Virus record (IMG/VR): IMGVR_UViG_3300009068_000043
Location: 1-60,691 of that record
Length of the DNA stretch: 60,691 nt
From: a virus
Lineage: Duplodnaviria > Caudoviricetes
Strand: one strand, 5' to 3'
The translations under genes and the position numbers were made by a program. Below are positions 25,444-35,204 of this stretch, one piece after another. The first letter of the stretch is position 1. Every line of letters starts with the position of its first letter. The notes under the pieces are model-generated. The model worked only from the letters and a program-made list of their open reading frames with translations, was not told where the DNA came from and ran no database searches.

Positions 25444-27269
25444 TACCAGAATCCTCCTTTGATCAAGTCACCATTGGCAAAGCTCTTGAGACTGAATATT
25501 TGACTGACTTGTGCGCGAGTTTGCATGGGTATTAGCACCATAGATAAATCAATCTTGGTAGGTACATAGGTTGGTGAATTTTTACCCAGTGTAGGCGGTG
25601 CAAATGGACTTGATATAGCACCTTTGTTGATACCTTGACTAGAGAACAAGTTTTCTAAACGTTTAACAGCGCCGGTGACAGGATTAGTAGGCAAGTCTTG
25701 TCTTGTTCTACGAGTCAACAAGTTGGTACCATTGATGTTGGTACTACCTGCGCGAATGTAATCTACATCGTTGGGCAAGTTATATTGAAAACTTTGAACT
25801 GCACAAGGATGAGCTGAAAACTGATATGTGCCAAGTCCGGTGAGATATACCAATGGTGGTGGTGCACCTCGCTGCGCATCTTGTCCGTAAAACATTTTAG
25901 TCACTGATCGAAAGAAATGTATCACTGCCAATAGATAGTCAGCCTCTGTGGTATCTTGTGCAGTAAATGTGGCAGTGAGGTTTACTGAATCCACACTGCT
26001 ATTTTGATAAAAATATCCTTTATAGTTAGAATGGGTGAGATCGTACGAAGTATAGTTAGCTTTGTATGCCATATCAATCTTGGGCATGTACGGAAATATC
26101 ACTCCGCCAGTCTTGGCTAGTGGTGCTAGTATACCCGGACTAGAAGCATTGTACAAATATTGAGCCCCTTGAGCAAGACTTAGTCGTACACGCCAATCTC
26201 CGTTGTTGACCATTTTGCGTTGAGCATCCAGCACGGCTCCACGTTGTGCCAGTTGAGTTCCTACCACCGCTTGTACATTTTTTTCCTGAAGTCTATTAAA
26301 TTCAGCAGAGGATTCATTTGGAGTGGCATCCAACTCTAATCTAGCCAAACGTGCTGTTTCGGCATCACTTTGTTCCACGTTCTCTGCTGCGTTAGCAGCT
26401 ACTCTAGCATCCACACCTGTGGCATCATCAACAAACGGAAATGGTTGATTTTCTGCTGCGTTAGCAGCTACTCTAGCATCCACACCTGTGGCGTCATCAA
26501 CAAACGGAAATGGTTGATTTTCTGCTGCGTTAGCAGCTACTCTAGCATCCACACCTGTGGCATCATCAACAAACGGAAATGGTTGATTTTCTGCGGCATT
26601 GGCAGCAACTTGCGGATCTATTCCAGTAAATTCATCTACTGCTTGTGCTGCTGCATTTGTGGTAGGTGGAGGAGGTGTTCCGGCACTCACACGTGGATCA
26701 ATCACTGGTTCTGCGGCATTTTCAGCAACCCGAGCGTCTACACCAGTAAACTCATCTACTGCTTGTGCTGCTGCATTTGTGATAGGAGGTGGCGGAGTAC
26801 CAGCAGTCACACGTGGGTCAATAATTGGTGTTGCTGTGGTAGCAGCAACTTGCGCATCTATTCCAGTAAACTCATCTACTGCTTGTGCTGCTGCATTTGT
26901 GGTAGGCGGAGGAGGTGTTCCGGCAGTCACACGTGGGTCAATGATTGGTGTTGCTGTGGTAATTGCTGCGCCCGGATTAGTGACCCCGGTCCCGTTACCA
27001 AATAAACTTGTTGCAGTGGGTATAGTGGTCTGAAGCGGCGGTTGTGCCGGTAGTGCAACACCCGGTTGAGTATAAAGAACTTGTGTCAATCCAGCAATAT
27101 CAATGATTCCGCCTGCACCTGGTATTACTGCACCTGCATTGGAATTTGTTCCGTACCCATATGAAGATGCAGCGTCGCTGACACCGGCCAGTTGGGCAGC
27201 TTGTTCTACCGACAGACCTTGTTGTATCAGTTGATTAAATATCGATGCGTTATCTTTGTTGTATGCCAT
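25443..27269 (-). CDS. Baseplate-tail tube junction protein (gp48/gp54-like) with repeat-expanded N-terminus
   Basis: C-terminal VIFPYMP...THSNY...VNLTATFTAQ...PPPLVYLTGLG...P.KIDLSMVLIP tube-like domain; N-terminal tandem repeats. Confidence 0.6.
   Translation of the reverse strand: MAYNKDNASIFNQLIQQGLSVEQAAQLAGVSDAASSYGYGTNSNAGAVIPGAGGIIDIAGLTQVLYTQPGVALPAQPPLQTTIPTATSLFGNGTGVTNPGAAITTATPIIDPRVTAGTPPPPTTNAAAQAVDEFTGIDAQVAATTATPIIDPRVTAGTPPPPITNAAAQAVDEFTGVDARVAENAAEPVIDPRVSAGTPPPPTTNAAAQAVDEFTGIDPQVAANAAENQPFPFVDDATGVDARVAANAAENQPFPFVDDATGVDARVAANAAENQPFPFVDDATGVDARVAANAAENVEQSDAETARLARLELDATPNESSAEFNRLQEKNVQAVVGTQLAQRGAVLDAQRKMVNNGDWRVRLSLAQGAQYLYNASSPGILAPLAKTGGVIFPYMPKIDMAYKANYTSYDLTHSNYKGYFYQNSSVDSVNLTATFTAQDTTEADYLLAVIHFFRSVTKMFYGQDAQRGAPPPLVYLTGLGTYQFSAHPCAVQSFQYNLPNDVDYIRAGSTNINGTNLLTRRTRQDLPTNPVTGAVKRLENLFSSQGINKGAISSPFAPPTLGKNSPTYVPTKIDLSMVLIPMQTRAQVSQIFSLKSFANGDLIKGGFW
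26380..26960 (-). repeat. Coding tandem repeats: 3 x 120 bp and 3 x 69 bp
   Basis: 40-aa unit PIIDPRVTAGTPPPPTTNAAAQAVDEFTGIDAQVAA... (120-bp period) and 23-aa unit AAENQPFPFVDDATGVDARVAAN (69-bp period). Confidence 0.9.
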
Positions 27270-27286
27270 GATAATTCCCTATTCTT

Positions 27287-27292
27287 TATTTA
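27287..27292 (-). promoter_or_regulatory. Late promoter motif TAAATA heading the baseplate operon
   Basis: TATTTA upstream of the ATG at 27269, with AGGGA Shine-Dalgarno between. Confidence 0.65.
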
Positions 27293-27323
27293 CTCAAAAA
27301 ATAAACCGCACAGTTTATAACCG

Positions 27324-27351
27324 TTGACAAACTGGAAAAATATGTTATAAT
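27324..27351 (+). promoter_or_regulatory. Sigma70-type promoter for gp55
   Basis: TTGACA (27324-27329), 16 nt, TATAAT (27346-27351) with TG extended -10; overlapping TAAATA at 27351-27356. Confidence 0.75.
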
Positions 27352-27378
27352 AAATAATATTTTAAAGGATCCGCACGG

Positions 27379-28278
27379 ATGGCAATCATTACAAGAGCAA
27401 CACCAAAGACTAACTATTTAAATAATCGCGATATTCTCAAGGAAATCCACCTTAGTAAGAAAAATTACTGTGCTTTTAGAGATCCTGTGCTGGATCATCA
27501 ATACGATATCATTCTCCCATCAACAAGCAAAATCAATCAAAAATCCACAGCTGAAGCACGTAGAAATCGAGCAGATCGCATCAAACGTGAAACTGGTGAG
27601 ATCATTGATCCTAAAAAAATCCCCAACACAGACGTGGTCTTTCGCATCATGACCTGGGAACACATACCCATGGCACCAAAAAAGATCACCAAGGCAGCAG
27701 CTAAAAAGCGCAAACTAGAAGAGCTGTTGGAACTGGATGAGCCTGCGGAAGATGATCCGCTAGCAGGATTGATCGACGAACCCATGCTGGATCCCACACA
27801 CATGCGGGTTAATTTTCCTCCATTCTTTCACTATCGTGTGGATGAAAACAAAGAGCCGTATCTAGTGGGCAAGAGTCATTGGCGTGGTGATTTGGAAACT
27901 GGAGAGTTTTCAAAAGATCATGGCGAGATGACTCGAACGCTGGCTCGGATGTTTATGAAACTTTGTGAACGCTATGCCACAAGATCTAACTGGAGAGGAT
28001 ACACCTACAATGAAGAAATGCGCGGACAAGCATTGTTGCAACTCAGCCAAATTGGACTGCAATTTGACGAATCAAAATCGCAGAACCCTTTTGCGTATTA
28101 TACTGCCGCTATCACTAATAGTTTTACTCGCATCCTGAATATTGAAAAAAAGATGCAGAACATCCGCGATGACATCCTGGAGATGAACGGGTTGAATCCT
28201 TCGTGGACTCGACAAAATTCCGGCAAACACAGCATGGAAGCCATGTCCGGTCCGGTTGTGAGCTCGTTTGAAGAGTAG
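27379..28278 (+). CDS. gp55: Late transcription sigma factor, T4 gp55-like
   Basis: YLNNRDIL...LCERYATRSNWRGYTYNEEM...FDESKSQNPFAYYTAAITNSFTRILNIEKK; synteny with gp47/gp46. Confidence 0.9.
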   Translation: MAIITRATPKTNYLNNRDILKEIHLSKKNYCAFRDPVLDHQYDIILPSTSKINQKSTAEARRNRADRIKRETGEIIDPKKIPNTDVVFRIMTWEHIPMAPKKITKAAAKKRKLEELLELDEPAEDDPLAGLIDEPMLDPTHMRVNFPPFFHYRVDENKEPYLVGKSHWRGDLETGEFSKDHGEMTRTLARMFMKLCERYATRSNWRGYTYNEEMRGQALLQLSQIGLQFDESKSQNPFAYYTAAITNSFTRILNIEKKMQNIRDDILEMNGLNPSWTRQNSGKHSMEAMSGPVVSSFEE

Positions 28279-28279
28279 T

Positions 28280-28327
28280 TTCAAAAAAGCAGCAATCTTC
28301 ATTAACATGCATTTTGGTCTTGACAAC
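28280..28327 (+). pseudogene. Degenerate duplicate of the gp47 5' end
   Basis: Reads FKKAAIFINMHFGLDN versus gp47 FRKAAIFTDIHFGLKS; 31 of 42 nt identical by manual count. Confidence 0.7.
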
Positions 28328-28329
28328 AT

Positions 28330-29835
28330 ATGAAAAATATAAGTCCAGGAGAATTAGAATCACACCTCTCTAAGAAATTTAAAGTTCTCAAATTTATAGA
28401 TTTAGCCACAATTGCAGAATCCCCTAGTGAGGCATTTCTGTTGTTTGATCAATTGGCCAAACCTGAATTCAGCCCCGATGAACGTATAGTATTTTATACC
28501 GGCCATGCTGTTGGGCCACGAGCATTGACTTTTCTACAGTATGCTGCTGATGTTTTTGACATCAGTCGATGTTTTGTGTTAGTATGTTGCCCTGTGCCAC
28601 TATCAATTAAAAATCAATACGATATAGAATTTTTTAAGATCTTGGTCGAATCTCATCCATTGGACGATAATCAGGTAATTGATGTCAATACCATGTGTTC
28701 AATGCCATTTTTTAATTTGGAATTTATGAACGACAGCAGTGTCAAACACTGTTGTTTTATACAAGATCAAATTGGATTTGCTGCCGGCTCTGCCGACATG
28801 CACAATCTATTCAATTCAGAAAAATCTACAAAATTAAGAAAACAGTTACTATCAGGCCAACGTCCCGGCGAATGCAATATTTGTTGGAAAAATGAATTTC
28901 AAGGGCTGGGTAGTTTACGACAGTGGCGTAACAAGTTACATAAAAAAGAATTTTTAACCAATTGGATTGATCAGCCCCAGATCAAAAGCATTAGTTTACA
29001 TCCTAGTATCGTGTGTAATTTCAAGTGTAGGATCTGTGGACCATATTCCAGCAGCCTCTGGGTAGACGAAGAATTAAAATATGAAACTGACTTGGCTCGA
29101 CGCGAAAAAATCGTTTACTCTATTGATCAATCCAGGTGGTTTGAGCAAGATTCTCCTGCAGTCACGGGCATTATTGATCTGTGTAGCGAAGTAAAGTATA
29201 TTGATATCTATGGTGGGGAACCACTTCTGCTAAAACAGTTTAGAACCCTATTGCAAAAAAGCATCGAAAGTGGCGCATCTAACACCCAACGATTACATTT
29301 TAATACCAATGTATCTAAGTTTCCGGCCGATCTAATTGAAATGATGCATCATTTTAAAGAGGTGGCTATTTCTTTAAGCATTGACAATATTGGCAAGCAA
29401 TTTGAACTAGAACGGGGCGGAGACTGGAACAATATTGAATATCATGTTGATCAATTTTTGTCCCTGGATCCGGCAATTTTTAAAGTGTCAACTCTAACTA
29501 CTGTGAGCAATCTTAATCTCTTATACCTTGATCAATTAGTTAATTGGGCAGATTCTAAAAATTTAGATCTAACATTTAATATGTTACATTATCCTGAATA
29601 TTTACAATTTGATCGTGTTACCTCACAAATCCGAGACCTAGCGGTTAAACAGTACCAATATCATCCAAACAGTTATCTCAAAAATATTGCACAGAGTTTG
29701 ATAAACAAAGCCCCCGCCGATGTAACCGAATGGGTAGAAAAAATGCAACAGATGGATTATCGTAGAAATCAAAGTATTTTGATAACACATCCAGAACTGG
29801 CCAAGGGCATGGGCTATACAAACAATACCAAATAA
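28330..29835 (+). CDS. Radical SAM protein with twitch/SPASM-like Cys motifs
   Basis: CNFKCRIC (CxxxCxxC), YGGEPLL, NTN, SIDN; upstream C..P...CC and C..CW Cys cluster. Confidence 0.85.
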   Translation: MKNISPGELESHLSKKFKVLKFIDLATIAESPSEAFLLFDQLAKPEFSPDERIVFYTGHAVGPRALTFLQYAADVFDISRCFVLVCCPVPLSIKNQYDIEFFKILVESHPLDDNQVIDVNTMCSMPFFNLEFMNDSSVKHCCFIQDQIGFAAGSADMHNLFNSEKSTKLRKQLLSGQRPGECNICWKNEFQGLGSLRQWRNKLHKKEFLTNWIDQPQIKSISLHPSIVCNFKCRICGPYSSSLWVDEELKYETDLARREKIVYSIDQSRWFEQDSPAVTGIIDLCSEVKYIDIYGGEPLLLKQFRTLLQKSIESGASNTQRLHFNTNVSKFPADLIEMMHHFKEVAISLSIDNIGKQFELERGGDWNNIEYHVDQFLSLDPAIFKVSTLTTVSNLNLLYLDQLVNWADSKNLDLTFNMLHYPEYLQFDRVTSQIRDLAVKQYQYHPNSYLKNIAQSLINKAPADVTEWVEKMQQMDYRRNQSILITHPELAKGMGYTNNTK

Positions 29836-29836
29836 C

Positions 29837-29865
29837 TTGCATTCTGTTATAAAATATAGTATCAT
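29837..29865 (+). promoter_or_regulatory. Sigma70-type promoter for the gp47 operon (leaderless)
   Basis: TTGCAT, 17 nt, TATCAT; the ATG at 29872 sits at the expected +1 with no Shine-Dalgarno. Confidence 0.6.
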
Positions 29866-29871
29866 GTACCT

Positions 29872-30888
29872 ATGACCAATCTATTCCGCAAAGCAGCTAT
29901 CTTCACAGACATCCATTTTGGCTTAAAAAGCAATAGTGTCACTCACAACGAAGACTGCTTGAACTTTGTAAAGTGGGCTACTACAAAAGCAAAAGAACAA
30001 GGTTGTGAGACCTGTATGTTCCTGGGCGATTGGCATAACAATAGAGCCAGTCTTAACATTGTAACATTAAACTACAGCTTGCGGGCGCTGGAGCATATGA
30101 ATAACAATTTCAGCCAGGTATATTTTATTCCAGGCAATCACGATTTATATTATCGCGACAAACGTGATATCCAAAGTGTTGAATGGGCTAAACATTTACC
30201 CAATGTTGAAATCTGTAATGATTGGGTCACCGTCGGTGATGTTGTGATTGCTCCTTGGCTTGTAGGGGATGACTATAAACGTATACCCAAGCTGAAGGGC
30301 AAATACATGTTTGGGCATTTTGAATTGCCCGGCTATCTCATGAATGCCATGGTTGAAATGCCCGATCACGGTGAAGTACGACGAGAAGACTTCAACAACT
30401 TTGAACATGTATTCACAGGTCACTTTCACAAACGACAAACCAAAAAGAACATCACTTATATTGGCAATTGTTTTCCGCACAATTATGCTGATGCCGGCGA
30501 CGATGACCGTGGGCTTACTATTTTAGAATGGGGTCGGGATCCTGTGTATCATGCCTGGCCCGATCAACCTCGATATCGTGTGCTAGGGCTGGCCAATATC
30601 ATCGACAATGCAGCCGCATTGCTTGCACCTAAAATGCATGTTCGTGTAAACTTAGACATTGAGATTTCATACGAAGAAGCTAACTTTATCAAAGAAACAT
30701 ATATCCGAGATTACAATTTGAGAGAGATGGCATTGATACCCAACAAAAATTCATCAGTGGATACTGATATGGCTCCCGGCGAAGTCAAATTTGAATCAGT
30801 GGATCAGATTGTAACAGATCAAATAACCAATATCGAATCAGAGTTTTACGACAACCGACTGCTGTTGAAAATATATCAAAATCTATGA
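29872..30888 (+). CDS. gp47: Recombination endonuclease subunit, Mre11/SbcD-like
   Basis: Metallophosphoesterase motifs DIHFG, GD, GNHD, GH and GHFH. Confidence 0.92.
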   Translation: MTNLFRKAAIFTDIHFGLKSNSVTHNEDCLNFVKWATTKAKEQGCETCMFLGDWHNNRASLNIVTLNYSLRALEHMNNNFSQVYFIPGNHDLYYRDKRDIQSVEWAKHLPNVEICNDWVTVGDVVIAPWLVGDDYKRIPKLKGKYMFGHFELPGYLMNAMVEMPDHGEVRREDFNNFEHVFTGHFHKRQTKKNITYIGNCFPHNYADAGDDDRGLTILEWGRDPVYHAWPDQPRYRVLGLANIIDNAAALLAPKMHVRVNLDIEISYEEANFIKETYIRDYNLREMALIPNKNSSVDTDMAPGEVKFESVDQIVTDQITNIESEFYDNRLLLKIYQNL

Positions 30889-32645
30889 TCCATCTACGTG
30901 ATATTACAGTAAAAAACTTTATGAGTGTGGGTAATACCACGCAGGCCATTGACTTTGATCGTAGTGATCTCACACTGGTGCTAGGTGAAAACTTAGACAT
31001 GGGCGGTGATGGCTCTCGCAATGGTACAGGCAAAACCACAATCATCAATGCACTAAGCTATGCATTGTATGGTCAAGCCTTATCAAACATCCGCAAAGAT
31101 AATCTTGTGAACAAGACCAATGCCAAACACATGCTTGTGAGTTTGGACTTTAGTGTCAGCGGGCAGAACTATCGAATTGAACGTGGACGTAAACCCAACA
31201 TTTTAAAATTTTACGTAAATCAAGAAGACAAAAGTTCTGACGATGCTCAAGGCGATTCAAGAGAAACACAAGATGCCATTGAACGTGTGTTGGGAATGAG
31301 TCATGACATGTTTCAACATATCGTTGCACTAAACACATATACTCCGCCGTTCTTGAGTTTGAAGGCCAATGAACAACGCACTATCATCGAACAACTGTTG
31401 GGTATCACACTGTTGAGTGAACGTGCCGATCGTATCAAAGAGCTTAACAAAGCCACCAAAGATTCTATTCAGTCAGAAGAACTACGAATCCGAGCAGTTC
31501 AAGAAGCCAACAAACGAATTGAAGAGCAAATTCAAAGTTTGGAAAAACGTCGCACATTGTGGCTACGTAAACAAACTGAAGATGTGGCTGCATTAACACA
31601 AGGCATCGGTGATCTTGAGCACATTGACATCGAGGCGGAAGTCCAATCACACAGAAATCTTGAGGCATATCATGTGCGTAAGAAAACAGCAGACGATGCA
31701 AATCGGTGGATCAAACAAATCAATGCTGACGACGTAAAATTACAAAAACAATTTGATCAGACCAAGAAAGATCTGAATCAAATTGCCAGTCACAAATGTT
31801 TTGCATGTGGTACAGAGATACACGACAACAGTCTAGATACTGTGAAAGCACAGCGTGAAAAAACTCTGCAAGAATTGGCATTGCAATTGTTGACCAATGA
31901 TACACAACGCATGGAACATCAAGATCGATTATTGAAACTTGATGAGTTAGGCACGGCACCTACAGTTTTTTATGACAACTTAGAACAAGCATTGAATCAC
32001 AAAAATACTGTGAATACCTTACGCAAGGACCTTGCAGCAAGATCATCCGATGCCGATCCGTATGCTGAACAAATTGCAGACATGCAACACCAAGCATTGC
32101 AAGTGGTAAGTTACGATACCCTAAACGAATTTACCAGGGTACAAGAACATCAAGAATTCTTGTTAAAGTTATTGACCAGCAAGGACAGTTTTGTTCGTAA
32201 GAAGATCATTGACCAAAACTTGAGTTATCTCAATGCAAGACTCACATACTATCTTGATCGCATTGGATTACCACATACTGTAAAGTTTCAAAACGATTTA
32301 ACTGTTAGTATTGAAGAGTTGGGGCGTGAATTGGATTTTGATAACTTATCTCGTGGTGAGCGTAATCGACTTATCTTAAGCATGAGCTGGGCATTTAGAG
32401 ATGTGTGGGAAAGTTTATATCGTCCTATCAACATTTTATTTATTGACGAGATGATTGATTCGGGACTTGACACACAAGGTGTAGAGAATGCACTGGCATT
32501 GCTGAAAAAGATGAGTCGAGAACGACAAAAATCAATCTGGTTAGTCAGTCATAGAGATGAATTGACCAGCAGGGTAGAGAATATTCTTAGGGTGGTTAAA
32601 GAGAATGGATTTACCAGTTATAGCACGGACATTGACCTTGCGTGA
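30885..32645 (+). CDS. gp46: Recombination ATPase, Rad50/SbcC-like
   Basis: KNFMS, Walker A NGTGKTT, coiled coil with CFAC zinc hook, LSRGE signature, Walker B ILFIDE, SH motif. Confidence 0.93.
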   Translation: MIHLRDITVKNFMSVGNTTQAIDFDRSDLTLVLGENLDMGGDGSRNGTGKTTIINALSYALYGQALSNIRKDNLVNKTNAKHMLVSLDFSVSGQNYRIERGRKPNILKFYVNQEDKSSDDAQGDSRETQDAIERVLGMSHDMFQHIVALNTYTPPFLSLKANEQRTIIEQLLGITLLSERADRIKELNKATKDSIQSEELRIRAVQEANKRIEEQIQSLEKRRTLWLRKQTEDVAALTQGIGDLEHIDIEAEVQSHRNLEAYHVRKKTADDANRWIKQINADDVKLQKQFDQTKKDLNQIASHKCFACGTEIHDNSLDTVKAQREKTLQELALQLLTNDTQRMEHQDRLLKLDELGTAPTVFYDNLEQALNHKNTVNTLRKDLAARSSDADPYAEQIADMQHQALQVVSYDTLNEFTRVQEHQEFLLKLLTSKDSFVRKKIIDQNLSYLNARLTYYLDRIGLPHTVKFQNDLTVSIEELGRELDFDNLSRGERNRLILSMSWAFRDVWESLYRPINILFIDEMIDSGLDTQGVENALALLKKMSRERQKSIWLVSHRDELTSRVENILRVVKENGFTSYSTDIDLA

Positions 32646-33501
32646 TATAAAAGTCTTACACCTGGAGCCCACAGATGTATGCCAAGCAGCATGCCCTTTG
32701 TGTGCAAGAGAAACTGACAAAAATTTTCGTAAAGATCGTCAGCACCACCTTGACATGTACAAACTAATGCAAGCGTTTGATGCTGATAAAATTGCCAAAT
32801 TAGACAAAATGTTCATGTGCGGCAACTATGGAGATCCTGCTGCTGGCAAGTACACACTGAACATCTATCGTGAATTTAGAAAACTCAACAAAAAAATTGT
32901 GCTAGGCATGAATACCAATGGAGGATTGCAAAATGCTCTATGGTGGAATGAATTAGGACGTATATTTCATCAACCTCAAGACTATGTTGTATTCAGCATA
33001 GATGGGCTTGAAGGCACCAACCATGTTTACAGAAAAAATGTTACCTGGTTGCGAATAATGCAAAACGCACAGTCTTTTATACAAGCAGGAGGATCTGCAC
33101 ACTGGGACATGTTGGTGTACCGGCATAATCAACATCAAGTTGATGAGTGTAAGCAACTTGCTCAATCTATGGGATTTAAATGGTTTCGTGCTAAAGTTAG
33201 TAAACGTGGATTTACAAACAAATTAGAACAACCAATTGGATGGGGTATTCCGTCTATGGTATCCACCACAATTGATTGTCATGCTATTAAAGAGCAAAGC
33301 ACTTATATAGATGCACAAGGAAATATAAGTCCATGCTGCTGGCTTGGTGCAAGACAACAAGATTTTGTTAGAGATTTTACTCAAATACAAAACTCTTGGA
33401 CTAGTTTGCAACCTAATATTGTATGTGTGGATACCTGCGGATCCAAAGATGGCGGATCCAATTTTAGCAATCAATGGCAAAGAGAGGTTGAACTTGTTTG
33501 A
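32605..33501 (+). CDS. Radical SAM protein with C-terminal SPASM/twitch-like domain (start may be slightly downstream)
   Basis: CQAACPLC, CGNYGDP, NTNGG, FSIDG; C-terminal C...IDAQGNISPCC...C..TC. Confidence 0.85.
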   Translation: MDLPVIARTLTLRDIKVLHLEPTDVCQAACPLCARETDKNFRKDRQHHLDMYKLMQAFDADKIAKLDKMFMCGNYGDPAAGKYTLNIYREFRKLNKKIVLGMNTNGGLQNALWWNELGRIFHQPQDYVVFSIDGLEGTNHVYRKNVTWLRIMQNAQSFIQAGGSAHWDMLVYRHNQHQVDECKQLAQSMGFKWFRAKVSKRGFTNKLEQPIGWGIPSMVSTTIDCHAIKEQSTYIDAQGNISPCCWLGARQQDFVRDFTQIQNSWTSLQPNIVCVDTCGSKDGGSNFSNQWQREVELV

Positions 33502-34597
33502 TTTTTCTGTGATTGATGAGTATCAAATTGAAATAACCACATACTGTAATGCGGCCTGTCCACAGTGCCCGAGAAATGATCTTGGTCACGGTATCAATCC
33601 TTACATGCCATTGACCCATCTTGATCGTGTGGTAATTGATCGTGCATTTGATACAGAACTTTGCACACGGTTACGACAAATATTCTTCTGCGGCAGTTAT
33701 GGCGATCCTATCATGCATCCTGATTTTCTGGGCATCTTGCGAGATTTTCGCAGCAAGAATCCCTCACTATGGTTGTATATGCATACCAATGGGGGTGTGC
33801 ATGACCCAGAGTATTGGACAGAGATAGCCCGGATCATGAATGGATATGGACAAATAGATTTTGGAATAGACGGCCTTGAAGATACCTTACATCTATATCG
33901 TAAAAATGTAAAATACAATCAAGTCATAGCCAATGCACAAGCATTCATCAATGCCGGTGGTCGTGCGCAGTGGAACTACATAGTGTTCCAACATAACCAA
34001 CATCAAGTTGAGCAAGCTAAAGAACTAGCAGCTAGCATGAAGTTCCACAACATTCTGATACGTAAGACTGGTAGATTTCTCAATCATGCCTTGATGGAAG
34101 AGATGCAAACATGGCCTATTAAAAACAGTGATCGTGTGTTAGCACCGTCCGACCATCCAGAATATCGCAATGCAAGCATGATGTTTCTGCCCAACTTAAA
34201 AAAACAATATGCATCAGTTAAGGATTATTTTGATACCACCCCAATACGGTGTGATGCTATGATGGGACGCAAAGTAGCTATTAATGCTGAGGGTGTGGTA
34301 TTGCCTTGCAATTTTTTCAATCACAACCTGTATGATGCTAGATTCAGAGACGGCAGTTTGCCTGGTGCCAATCCATTAAGCCAACACAATGGACGCAATC
34401 AGATCACAGACTTTTTGTCAAGATATGGCTTAGATAATCTCAATCTACACAATAACTCATTAGAGGGTGTGTTTGAGAATCCCATGTGGTCGGATCTAGT
34501 AGAGAGCTGGAACAATGAACATAGATTGTTTGAATGTGCAATGACCTGTGGTAGTAAATTTACAAAAGTATGGGATCAAGGAGGATCCAAAATATGA
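33494..34597 (+). CDS. Radical SAM protein with SPASM/twitch-like domain, paralog of upstream gene
   Basis: Likely TTG start at 33494 after GAGG; CNAACPQC, CGSYGDP, HTNGG, FGIDGLE; C...INAEGVVLPC...CAMTC. Confidence 0.85.
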   Translation: MFDFSVIDEYQIEITTYCNAACPQCPRNDLGHGINPYMPLTHLDRVVIDRAFDTELCTRLRQIFFCGSYGDPIMHPDFLGILRDFRSKNPSLWLYMHTNGGVHDPEYWTEIARIMNGYGQIDFGIDGLEDTLHLYRKNVKYNQVIANAQAFINAGGRAQWNYIVFQHNQHQVEQAKELAASMKFHNILIRKTGRFLNHALMEEMQTWPIKNSDRVLAPSDHPEYRNASMMFLPNLKKQYASVKDYFDTTPIRCDAMMGRKVAINAEGVVLPCNFFNHNLYDARFRDGSLPGANPLSQHNGRNQITDFLSRYGLDNLNLHNNSLEGVFENPMWSDLVESWNNEHRLFECAMTCGSKFTKVWDQGGSKI

Positions 34598-35178
34598 AAA
34601 TGTTAGTAACCGGCGGTAATAGAGGATTAGGACAGCATCTTGTGGAACAATTTGGTGCAACAAGCATGAGCCGTGCTACAGGAATTGATATTACAAAAGA
34701 TCATCAAAACATTGCTCTAATGAGTTTAGAGTATGATGTGTTTGTGAACAATGCATTTGATGGGCCTCCACAAGAGCCGTGGGCAAATTTTGGACAGACC
34801 CAGGTGTACATGGCAGTATACGATGCATGGCAAGCAGACGGAAAATCTGGATGGATTTTTAACATCGGATCTGTGGGGGAGCAAAGCATAGTGGCACCTG
34901 AACCCAGATGGGAAACATATAGAATTAGCAAGGCAGCATTAAGTCACGCCAGCAGGCAAGGCACTCAGGCATTTAAACAAGATCAAGTGAAATTTCGAAC
35001 AACTTTACTCACATTAGATAGACTAGATACGGAACTTAGCCGTAGTAGACCCACATGGACTGGTAACGGGCAGGCTTTGCATGACATCAGTGACTTTATC
35101 AAGTATACTGTAAATGTCAATGCAAATACCGTGATAGAACAGGCAACTTTTTACATCAACTTTGACTTTAAGGCATAA
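34594..35178 (+). CDS. Short-chain dehydrogenase/reductase (SDR)
   Basis: ATG at 34594 (ATGA overlap, GGAGG upstream); TGGNRGLG Rossmann motif, NNA, catalytic S and YRISK (YxxxK). Confidence 0.85.
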   Translation: MKMLVTGGNRGLGQHLVEQFGATSMSRATGIDITKDHQNIALMSLEYDVFVNNAFDGPPQEPWANFGQTQVYMAVYDAWQADGKSGWIFNIGSVGEQSIVAPEPRWETYRISKAALSHASRQGTQAFKQDQVKFRTTLLTLDRLDTELSRSRPTWTGNGQALHDISDFIKYTVNVNANTVIEQATFYINFDFKA

Positions 35179-35204
35179 CTATATGACACAAGTAATACAG
35201 CAAC

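Noticed and set aside
26370-27033. Plus-strand ORFs of 211 and 144 aa
   Set aside because: Antisense shadows of the coding tandem repeats in the 25443..27269 gene.
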